Shown here piece after piece: positions 1-6,956 of a DNA stretch of 16,113 bases. The stretch lies in contig JANNWY010000082.1 in assembly GCA_031409335.1 (NCBI GenBank), positions 1 through 16,113 on the forward strand, written 5' to 3'. The stretch is from Chthoniobacteraceae bacterium. Lineage in GTDB: Bacteria > Verrucomicrobiota > Verrucomicrobiia > Chthoniobacterales > Chthoniobacteraceae. The notes under the pieces are model-generated. The model was not told the DNA's origin. It searched no databases and saw nothing but the letters and a program-made list of their open reading frames with translations. The position numbers were made by a program, and so were the translations under genes. Positions within the stretch are counted from its first letter, which is position 1. Each line of letters starts with the position of its first letter.

Positions 1-2
1 AC

Positions 3-116
3 AACAACCGCCTGCGCGTTTACCTCGCCCGCCTGCGCCGCAAGACCCATTGCTACACCAAGAAACTCGCCAATCTCGCCGCCAGCATCCTCTTTTACCT
101 GCTCACAAAATCATAA
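3..116 (+). CDS. IS1-family transposase (InsB-like), C-terminal fragment, 5' partial
   Basis: Manual translation gives NNRLRVYLARLRRKTHCYTKKLANLAASILFYLLTKS*. This resembles the InsB C-terminal motif (N..LR..LARL.RK...F/YSK). It is too short for the ORF track. Confidence 0.8.
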   Translation, partial: NNRLRVYLARLRRKTHCYTKKLANLAASILFYLLTKS

Positions 117-138
117 TCAATACCTACTGAGCAATCCC
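116..138 (-). repeat. IS1-family right terminal inverted repeat
   Basis: Reverse complement is GGGATTGCTCAGTAGGTATTGAT. It has the same 23-nt length, GG start and TATTGAT end as the IS1 IR as I recall it (GGTAATGACTCCAACTTATTGAT). The partner IR lies outside the window. Confidence 0.7.
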
Positions 139-164
139 GAAGGGCATCCTTCTCGTCCGCCTTT

Positions 165-191
165 CTTCGTGCCCTTCGCGTCCTGCGTGGT
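165..191 (+). repeat. Degenerate 9-mer tandem repeat (CTTCGTGCC CTTCGCGTC CTGCGTGGT)
   Basis: Three imperfect 9-nt units. The antisense strand reads TTQDAKGTK, a low-complexity intergenic repeat type I associate with PVC-group genomes. Confidence 0.55.
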
Positions 192-215
192 GCAATCTCC
201 GGCTCCGATCCAGAC

Positions 216-1139
216 ATGATGACCTACGCGGAACTCGAAACGTTTTTCACTGGCCTCGTCGCCACGGCACAGGCGCGCGGCATCGTCTGCGGCATCACGA
301 GCGGGATGGCGTGCGTCCATTTCGGCGTCGCCGCCACGACGAAAGATTGCGACGTGCTTTGCGCCGCTGCGGACGCGCACGATTTTTTCGATCTCATCAC
401 CGAGACCGAAGTGCGCGGCGTGCGCGCGGTCTATCGTGGAAATCTCTCGCCACCGCTCGACGCGCGCTGGATGCGCGGCGGCTGGACCTCGCACTTTACC
501 TGGAAACTCGCGCCGGGCGAAGAGGTGTGCCTGGATGTTTTCGGTGTGGCGTTGCGCTCGGAAAATCCCTGGAAAGATGAGATCGAAGGCTGCTACACCA
601 GCCGTCGCGTGGTTGCGGCGATGAAGCGAACGAATCGCGCGAAAGACTGGCCGTTTATCACCGCGCTCGGGATCAAACTGCTCGATGCCGACCAGCCCGA
701 TGGATGGCTGCACCTCTTCAATGCGGACACGATTCGCCACAACCTCACGCGCCGCCAGCCGCCTGCGGAAATCGTGGCGCGGCGGCCCTGCCTGCAACTC
801 GCGATCGCGGACGACAACCGTCTTGAAGCGGCATTGCACGCGGAAGAAACGCTCTGGCACAGGCTCGATGCCTGCCGCATCCGCCTCTACGAGCGGGCGC
901 TGCGGCCCTACGTGTCCGCCGTCCGGCGGGCCACCGCCCGGCGCGCTCTCGATATGCGGGAATCGCATCCGCTGCGCATCGAGTGTGCCGAACGAACGCT
1001 CGTGCCGGAGCCGGTGCGCGACTACGGAGCCGAGCGGCTGGCGGAAGACGCGCGTGCGGCAACGGCGGAATTGGTTCACCCGTCGCTGATGCAGTGGTTG
1101 CCCGACTTGAGCGGGCGCGTTATTCTCCCGACGCCATGA
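216..1139 (+). CDS. Hypothetical protein with a divergent nucleotidyltransferase fold (AbiEii/DUF6036-like)
   Basis: 307 aa. N-terminal SGMACVHFGVAATTKDCD fits the GG.A...hG....T.DxD pattern. A later LDVF may supply the third acidic residue, and MKRTNRAKDW fits K...R.KD. The C-terminal half looks helical. The start could be 216 or 219. Confidence 0.7.
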   Translation: MMTYAELETFFTGLVATAQARGIVCGITSGMACVHFGVAATTKDCDVLCAAADAHDFFDLITETEVRGVRAVYRGNLSPPLDARWMRGGWTSHFTWKLAPGEEVCLDVFGVALRSENPWKDEIEGCYTSRRVVAAMKRTNRAKDWPFITALGIKLLDADQPDGWLHLFNADTIRHNLTRRQPPAEIVARRPCLQLAIADDNRLEAALHAEETLWHRLDACRIRLYERALRPYVSAVRRATARRALDMRESHPLRIECAERTLVPEPVRDYGAERLAEDARAATAELVHPSLMQWLPDLSGRVILPTP

Positions 1140-1354
1140 AACGACCGAAATCATCCGGCAAACTCACCCCGGCGCAGCGCCGGTATTTGCGCAAGGTCGA
1201 GTACGACTTCCACGTCCGCGCTTTCGGTGCGGAAATGGCGCGGATCAATTTTCTCCCGGAGGCGGAGCGGAAGCGCGAGCTAGGCGAGATGATCGACCAC
1301 GCGACGCGCAAGGGCGTGAATCTTTCGCGGCCTCCGCGCGGCTACCCCGTGTAG
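1136..1354 (+). CDS. Small basic hypothetical protein (72 aa), translationally coupled to the upstream NTase-like gene
   Basis: ATG at 1136 overlaps the upstream TGA (ATGA). Sequence is MKRPKSSGKLTPAQRRYLRKVEYDFHVRAFGAEMARINFLPEAERKRELGEMIDHATRKGVNLSRPPRGYPV, with GC3-rich codons. The track ORF 983..1354 is over-extended. Confidence 0.7.
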   Translation: MKRPKSSGKLTPAQRRYLRKVEYDFHVRAFGAEMARINFLPEAERKRELGEMIDHATRKGVNLSRPPRGYPV

Positions 1355-1411
1355 CAGGGCAGCGGCTTTTTCACTCGTCACCCCGCGCGGACGCCACAAC
1401 ACTTCGCGCCC

Positions 1412-2215
1412 ATGCAATTTTTCGACGGCTGCACTGCACTCATCACCGGCGCTTCATCCGGCTTTGGACGCGAGTTTGCGCGGCAGCTCGCGCCGTTTGC
1501 GGGCACGCTGATCTTCGTCGCGCGGCGGCTGGATCGGCTGGAGGAATTGAAGGCCGAACTGACGCGGCCCGGGCTCGCGATCCATTGCCACGCGGTCGAT
1601 CTCGCGGATGAGGCGCAGACGGAAAAATTCCTCACCGCGCTCGCGGCAAGCGGCAATCGCGTGAGCCTGCTGATCAACAACGCGGGCGTCGGCGACCACG
1701 GGCTTTTCGAGGAAAGCGAGTGGCGGCGGGTGAAGGCGATGCTCGATGTGAACGTCACCGCGCTCACCCGGCTCACGCACGCGCTGCTGCCCGATCTCGT
1801 GCGCGCGCGGCGCGGCGCGATCCTGAATGTCAGCTCGATCGCCAGCCTCATCCCAGTGCCCAAGCTCACGGTGTACGCGGCGACGAAAGCCTACGTCACC
1901 AGCTTCACCGAAGGCATCCGCGCGGAAGTGCGCGGCACCGGCGTCAGCGTCACGGCGGTGTGCCCCGGTCCGGTGGACACGGAGTTTTTTGACATCGCGG
2001 AGCGCCCGAATGGCGAGCCCGCGCCCGCGCCCGACATCATGAAAATCGCTCCCGCCCGCGCCGTCCGCGAGGCGCTCGATGCCGTCGCGCGGGATCGCGC
2101 GCGCGTCATCCCCGGCTGGATCGTGTGGGCGATGATGACGATCACTGCCTTCGTCCCGATCTTCGTTTTGCGCGTTTTCCTGAATCTCCGCGGTCGCAAT
2201 TTCAAAGGCCACTGA
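1412..2215 (+). CDS. Short-chain dehydrogenase/reductase (SDR) family oxidoreductase
   Basis: TGASSGFG Rossmann motif, NNAG, NVSS, YAATK catalytic YxxxK, and CPGPVDT. Confidence 0.95.
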   Translation: MQFFDGCTALITGASSGFGREFARQLAPFAGTLIFVARRLDRLEELKAELTRPGLAIHCHAVDLADEAQTEKFLTALAASGNRVSLLINNAGVGDHGLFEESEWRRVKAMLDVNVTALTRLTHALLPDLVRARRGAILNVSSIASLIPVPKLTVYAATKAYVTSFTEGIRAEVRGTGVSVTAVCPGPVDTEFFDIAERPNGEPAPAPDIMKIAPARAVREALDAVARDRARVIPGWIVWAMMTITAFVPIFVLRVFLNLRGRNFKGH

Positions 2216-2257
2216 TCGTCATTGCGGGAGCGCGCACTTTGCTCTAACTCCAGCGCC

Positions 2258-2578
2258 ATGATCGAAATCGCCAAAAATTATTACTTCGTCTTCGGTGGTC
2301 TCACGATCGTCGGCGGCATCATGGGCCTGGTGAAAAAGGGGAGCTATATCTCGCTGGTGGCGGGCGGGCTGTGCGGGGTGCTGCTGCTCATCTCCGCGCT
2401 CTGGCTGAAGACCAAGCCGCAAAACGGGCTCATCCTCGGCGCGGTCGTGTCGCTGGTTTTGGCCGGACAATTCATTCCGGCGTTCATCAAAAAATTTAAC
2501 TGGATGCCCGCGGGATTGATGGCGGTGCTGAGTGTGGTCGGGCTCATCATCACGGCGCTGGCATTCGCAAAACGATAG
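2258..2578 (+). CDS. TMEM14 family small membrane protein
   Basis: 106 aa from ATG 2258. GGIMGLVKKGSYISLVAG matches the TMEM14 signature, KFNWMPAGL is near the C-terminus, and there are about 4 hydrophobic helices. Confidence 0.88.
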   Translation: MIEIAKNYYFVFGGLTIVGGIMGLVKKGSYISLVAGGLCGVLLLISALWLKTKPQNGLILGAVVSLVLAGQFIPAFIKKFNWMPAGLMAVLSVVGLIITALAFAKR

Positions 2579-2610
2579 GCCGTCCGGTGTTCGGGATTGA
2601 GCTTCACGCC

Positions 2611-3882
2611 ATGCGCGTCGTCCCGGTCCTTGCCGCGGGTTTGATCGTTGCGTGTCTTTTCACCGCGTGTCCGCGGAAGCCAGTGCCCGTCGCGCCGCCG
2701 CTGCCGACGCCCGCGCCCGCGCCCACTCCGCCGCCCGCGCCCACGCCGCCACCCGCGCCGTATGTGCCGAACAAGCGGATGGAAGTCGGCAAAATGTTCA
2801 ACGGCGCGCAGGTCCGCGCGAAGCTCGAAACGGATTTCGGCGGATCGGCGACCGCAGTGCGGGACGATGCCGCGAGTTACGAGGTCGAGGTCACCGTGCG
2901 CGTCAAAATTCCCAAGCCGCACAAGAGCCTCGAAGAACTCACGAAGATCAACGACAAGCTCCCAGCCTTGCTTCCCGGCCTGCCTGCGCTTTTGGAAAAC
3001 GCGAAAATCTCGCCGCTGTGGGATGATCTCCACCGCGCCAAAACCAACCTGTTGCAGAAGAATCTCACGCGTTTCGACAACCTCCTCTCGCGCCACGATC
3101 TGTTCGATTGCGAGACCGTGCTGGAACTCCAGCACCCCGAAACGAAACGCCGCGCACTGCTCATTCAGTCCGACATGGACACCGACGGCGATGGCTCGGA
3201 CAGCGACCGCGTGCCCGAGATCGACGGCTCGTCCGCGACCTTCCAGCCAATGACGAGCTATCGCTGGGCCAAGAAAACTGACGTGCCAAATTCCTTCCTC
3301 ATCCCGCGCGAAGCGAAGCTGCGGCAGTATGAAATCGAGCTGGCCGCGCCGGGCGCGAGCGCCGCGCGGAGCAGCGATTTGAAGGAAGGCATCGCACGCA
3401 TGAAATCGGAAATCTCCGACCTGAAAAAATACAGTTTTCTCGTCGCCTCCACCGATCCATTCATCGTGCTGCCGCTTTCCATGATCGGGAAAAAATCACC
3501 GTTCGCGTGCCGCATCGGCGACTACTGCGTGGTCGCGCACGGCGGCGTGCTTTACCCCGCGATCGTCGGCGACGCCGGACCCGCCGCAAAGGCTGGCGAG
3601 GGTTCGCTGCGGCTCTGCAAACAACTGAATCCGAAGGCAAATGCCGCCTTCCGCCCGGAGAGCGACCTGAAGGTGACTTACATCATCTTTCCCGGCACGA
3701 ACGAAACCCCGTGGGACGCGCCCGACCTCGTGAAATGGCGCGCGCGCTGCGAGAAACTGCTCGGCGAAATCGGCGGCTTCGGCGGCGAACTTTTCAACTG
3801 GCCCGACCTCGTGAAACCGCCGCCGCCACTCATTCCCGCGCCCGCGCCGACGCCCGCACCCGCAGTTCCACCGGTGAAATAG
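2611..3882 (+). CDS. Glycoside hydrolase family 75 (chitosanase-like) lipoprotein
   Basis: Lipobox FTAC follows a hydrophobic signal, then a Pro-rich linker. GH75-type motifs: DMDTDGDG, DPFIVLP, GDYCVV...YPAIVGDAGP, GEGSLRL, VTYIIFPG. Start chosen at ATG 2611. Confidence 0.82.
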   Translation: MRVVPVLAAGLIVACLFTACPRKPVPVAPPLPTPAPAPTPPPAPTPPPAPYVPNKRMEVGKMFNGAQVRAKLETDFGGSATAVRDDAASYEVEVTVRVKIPKPHKSLEELTKINDKLPALLPGLPALLENAKISPLWDDLHRAKTNLLQKNLTRFDNLLSRHDLFDCETVLELQHPETKRRALLIQSDMDTDGDGSDSDRVPEIDGSSATFQPMTSYRWAKKTDVPNSFLIPREAKLRQYEIELAAPGASAARSSDLKEGIARMKSEISDLKKYSFLVASTDPFIVLPLSMIGKKSPFACRIGDYCVVAHGGVLYPAIVGDAGPAAKAGEGSLRLCKQLNPKANAAFRPESDLKVTYIIFPGTNETPWDAPDLVKWRARCEKLLGEIGGFGGELFNWPDLVKPPPPLIPAPAPTPAPAVPPVK

Positions 3883-3894
3883 CGTGGAACGGTA

Positions 3895-4521
3895 TCAGTA
3901 GTAGCCGCGCACTTTCCGCAAAAACGCCTCCCAGCGCGGGCCGGGCTTTCCGCCGTCGAGCAGGATGATCGGGCAGTTCTTTTTGTTGTTCCCGAAATGC
4001 ACCTGCGGCCAGTGGTAATGCGGGACAACATGATCAAGCGGGATGCCTTTTTGATGCATCACGTAGGCCGTGAGCCGCGCGGCGCGATCGACTGCCGCGG
4101 CCTGCCGTGAGCGGCTGCCGAATTCACAAATCTCGATGCCAATGCTCGTCTTGTTTCCCGGCCCGTCGTGGTCGGCGTGTTCGCCCTGGATGTTCAGCGG
4201 CAAACTTTGAATCGCCTGCACATCATCGACGGTAAAATGCCAGGTGAGATAGCCCGTGCGATTCCACTGCGAGCGCCCGCGAAACGCGCCGTTGCGCATC
4301 CCGGTCGCGTGCTGGAGCGCGGTCGCACCGGGATTTTGCGTGCTGTGAATCGTGATGTATTTCGCCCGCATCGGAAACTCGATGCGACGCCCGGCCTGCC
4401 CCGCCGGCACGAGCATCTGGCGGAGATTCAGCGCCGACGGGCTGGCGCTGTTGGAGGTCGAAGCGCAGCCGGATAGGACGAGCGCGGCGAGGAGAAGCAG
4501 GAGGGCGATGAGGCGTGACAT
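3895..4521 (-). CDS. N-acetylmuramoyl-L-alanine amidase (Amidase_2) lipoprotein
   Basis: Lipobox LSGC. Motifs YITIHST, WHFTVDD, EHA, GNKTSIGIEICE, HVVPHYHW and KNCP supply the His/His/Cys Zn ligands of T7 lysozyme/AmpD-type amidases. Start chosen at ATG 4521. Confidence 0.92.
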   Translation of the reverse strand: MSRLIALLLLLAALVLSGCASTSNSASPSALNLRQMLVPAGQAGRRIEFPMRAKYITIHSTQNPGATALQHATGMRNGAFRGRSQWNRTGYLTWHFTVDDVQAIQSLPLNIQGEHADHDGPGNKTSIGIEICEFGSRSRQAAAVDRAARLTAYVMHQKGIPLDHVVPHYHWPQVHFGNNKKNCPIILLDGGKPGPRWEAFLRKVRGYY

Positions 4522-4528
4522 GGCGCGA

Positions 4529-4557
4529 AGGCTAGCCACGCGATTCCGCGTTGCCAA
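4529..4557 (-). promoter_or_regulatory. Putative sigma70 promoter giving a leaderless amidase mRNA
   Basis: Minus strand reads TTGGCA-N17-TAGCCT-N7-ATG, with no Shine-Dalgarno sequence. Confidence 0.5.
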
Positions 4558-4566
4558 CTCCCGCCG

Positions 4567-6243
4567 CTATGCGACGGGCACGCCCCCGCTTTTCGCGAGC
4601 AGATCGAACTGCTGCGCGCGCCAGGCACGGCGATATGCTGTTTCCAAAAGCCACGAGAGGAGAGCCACGACGGCAACGGCGATCAGCCAATGGAGAAAAC
4701 TTCCGGCGGCGACGCTGAGGAACACGGCGGTGCCAGCCGCAGCCACGATCGAGAAGCAAATCGCGCCGAAGAGGGTCACGAACAGAAACCCGCTGCTCGT
4801 GTCGTTCGTCGAGGCGGAGTATTTGAATGCGAGAAAAAATAACTGAAGCGCGAGCACGAGCAGCCAGCTTTTTCCCGCGATGATGATGCCTTGGGAAATG
4901 GGAGCGGCGAAGAATGCCGTGGAACTGGCACCTGCACAGAGCCAGCACGGCAGCGCAAAAAGGAAGCGGACGAGATTGAGCTTCAACACGCAACCTCGCA
5001 TCTCGCGCAGGCTTACTGGCCAGAAGTTGCAGACCGCCGTCGCTCGATGGGCGACCCGCACGAGGTCGAAGGCAGTCCAGGCTCCGCCGAAAAGCGGCGT
5101 GATGATGCCTAAACCGGCGAGTGTTCCGAGAACAAGAATCCATTCCGGGCGCACGCCGCCGAAGCTCTGTGCGAGCCATGCCACGGTCGGCGTGGCGATC
5201 AAAAACAGGCAGGCATACGGATAACCAGCCGTCCATCCCGGCGGCAGAATGAGCGCGAGGTTCATCACGCGGTGCTCGCGCAGGGTGAGCCAGCGGGCGG
5301 CGGTGCGCTCGAGGAATCCGCCGCGAGTCCAGTCCTGCGCGGACAGGAAAATGCGACTGGTGACGGCGTCTTCGATTTCGCTGACCCGCGTCACCGGCAC
5401 CTCCGCGGGCAATGGTTCGCTGGAATTCTCCGACTCGACGGTGGGCGGCCAGAAGTTGAACGCGCGCCGCAGGCTGCGCGCGGCCAGGACCGTGGCGACA
5501 GCAAGACCGGCAAGTAGAGCGAGCGGAGCGATGAACGGCGCGTGATTCCCTTGCAGCCACGGCTCGATCAACATGCACACCCAACCCGTCGGCAGGCACC
5601 ATCTGAAACTTTCGTAACCCGTGTAGATCGACGCTGGAGTGAGCAGTTTTGCGCTACTCACGATCAAAATACCGACCCAGCCGAAACTAAGCGCGAAACC
5701 AGAAATGATTCCGAAAGGAAAGCCGGGGCGAATCCAGACGAGCGTGATCGCACCGCCAATCGCTGCCGCCCAAATGCCGACGGCGCAGGCCGCGGCGAAC
5801 AGTAGCGATTCGGCGATCACCTCCGACCGGATGCGCACCGCGAACGCTGCGAGGAAAAAGAGCACGTCCACCCCCAGCCACAGGGAAGTCCGCAGCAGTC
5901 GCCGCGCGGCGTGCCGGAAGACAAACTGTTCTGTGACCGGAAATTGACTGAAAGGCGTGCTTTCCGAGTGGGCGAAAAAGAGCTGCTGAATCTGCGCCGC
6001 GCGGAAAAACATGAGTGTCGCGCTCCACGCGAGCAGGATTGGCAGCGCCAGCGCAGCCCCTTTTGCGGTCGCGGTCACGCCGATTGCCAGCAGCGGCACG
6101 AGCCAGCGCCAGCGGCTCTGCGCCGTGCGTGGCGCGGAATGGCGCGCGGCGCGGGCTTCACTCTTCCACTGCGGATGTTGTTTCGTTTCGGTCCACACGC
6201 GCCGTTGCAATCCGCGCACGAAACTCTTCGAGAAAAGCGTCAT
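4567..6243 (-). CDS. Multi-pass membrane protein, probable ABC exporter permease
   Basis: 558 aa from ATG 6243, which overlaps the ATPase stop (ATGA). Two blocks of hydrophobic helices are separated by a polar linker. The N-terminal 84 aa of the track ORF are a shadow extension. Confidence 0.75.
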   Translation of the reverse strand: MTLFSKSFVRGLQRRVWTETKQHPQWKSEARAARHSAPRTAQSRWRWLVPLLAIGVTATAKGAALALPILLAWSATLMFFRAAQIQQLFFAHSESTPFSQFPVTEQFVFRHAARRLLRTSLWLGVDVLFFLAAFAVRIRSEVIAESLLFAAACAVGIWAAAIGGAITLVWIRPGFPFGIISGFALSFGWVGILIVSSAKLLTPASIYTGYESFRWCLPTGWVCMLIEPWLQGNHAPFIAPLALLAGLAVATVLAARSLRRAFNFWPPTVESENSSEPLPAEVPVTRVSEIEDAVTSRIFLSAQDWTRGGFLERTAARWLTLREHRVMNLALILPPGWTAGYPYACLFLIATPTVAWLAQSFGGVRPEWILVLGTLAGLGIITPLFGGAWTAFDLVRVAHRATAVCNFWPVSLREMRGCVLKLNLVRFLFALPCWLCAGASSTAFFAAPISQGIIIAGKSWLLVLALQLFFLAFKYSASTNDTSSGFLFVTLFGAICFSIVAAAGTAVFLSVAAGSFLHWLIAVAVVALLSWLLETAYRRAWRAQQFDLLAKSGGVPVA

Positions 6244-6956
6244 GCCGTTTCGCGCAGCCCGGCGAGAACGGATTCGAGTTCGCCATCGGCGTGGAGACTC
6301 GCGACCGGGCCGTGGGCGTGGAGACGGCCCCGGTGCAGCACGATCACTTCGTCGGAAAACTGTTCGGCAACGGCGAGGATTTGCGTGGTGTAAATCACGG
6401 TCGCGCCAGCAGCGGCAGCGGTGCGGGCACGCTCGCGGAATTCGCGCAGGCCGAGCGCATCCATGCCGGAGGCCATCGGCTCGTCGAGCAGCCACAGCTC
6501 AGGATTTGCGGCGATCAGCGCAGTGAGCGCAACCTTGTAAATCTGACCGCGGGAAAGCGCGACCATGGGCGTGCCTGCCACCGGCATGAGATCGAAACCG
6601 CGCAGTAAATCGAGCACGCGATCCTCCGCGCCTCGGCCGTCTTTTTCATAAAGGCGCAGAGCCATGCCGATGTGTTGCAAGGGCATCATGTGGTTGAAGA
6701 AGACCGGGAAATCCGGCAGGAATCCGAAGCGCATCCGCAGGTCCACTCGCTCTCGCGTGAACGCTTCATCGTCGTAGAAAATCGTGCCTTCGCTGAGGCT
6801 GAGCAGGCCCGCGAGGCAATGCAGGAGCGTGGATTTCCCCGCGCCGTTCAAACCGACAACTGCGACGATGCGTCCGGCGGGCACCTCGAGGCGGATTCGG
6901 TCGAGGACGCGTTTGCGCCCGTACACCTTCGAGATGCCCGCCAATTCGATTCTCAT
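6240..6956 (-). CDS. ABC transporter ATP-binding protein (ABC-2/multidrug type)
   Basis: Walker A GLNGAGKST, signature LSRGQ, Walker B LLDEP. ATG 6956 overlaps the leuA stop (ATGA). The H-switch position reads TTQ. Confidence 0.93.
   Translation of the reverse strand: MRIELAGISKVYGRKRVLDRIRLEVPAGRIVAVVGLNGAGKSTLLHCLAGLLSLSEGTIFYDDEAFTRERVDLRMRFGFLPDFPVFFNHMMPLQHIGMALRLYEKDGRGAEDRVLDLLRGFDLMPVAGTPMVALSRGQIYKVALTALIAANPELWLLDEPMASGMDALGLREFRERARTAAAAGATVIYTTQILAVAEQFSDEVIVLHRGRLHAHGPVASLHADGELESVLAGLRETA

Larger units (their letters stand above)
1..138 (+). mobile_element. Right end of an IS1-family insertion sequence (truncated by the window start)
   Basis: A transposase C-terminus (3..116) is followed immediately by a 23-bp IS1-like terminal IR (116..138). 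Confidence 0.8.

Noticed and set aside
117..1154. 345-aa minus-strand ORF
   Set aside because: It is antisense to the motif-bearing NTase-like gene and runs into the IS terminal repeat, with no protein motifs.
2680..2760. CCCGCGCCCACGCCG-like repeats (also at about 3815..3870 and 11555..11575)
   Set aside because: These encode Pro/Ala/Thr linkers within CDSs and are not independent DNA elements.
6244..6495. Extended N-terminus of the permease ORF (similar extensions on the ATPase, leuA, amidase and cold-shock genes)
   Set aside because: Downstream ATGs give ATGA coupling, promoter-adjacent starts or family-typical N-termini, and the extensions overlap neighbouring genes or regulatory regions.
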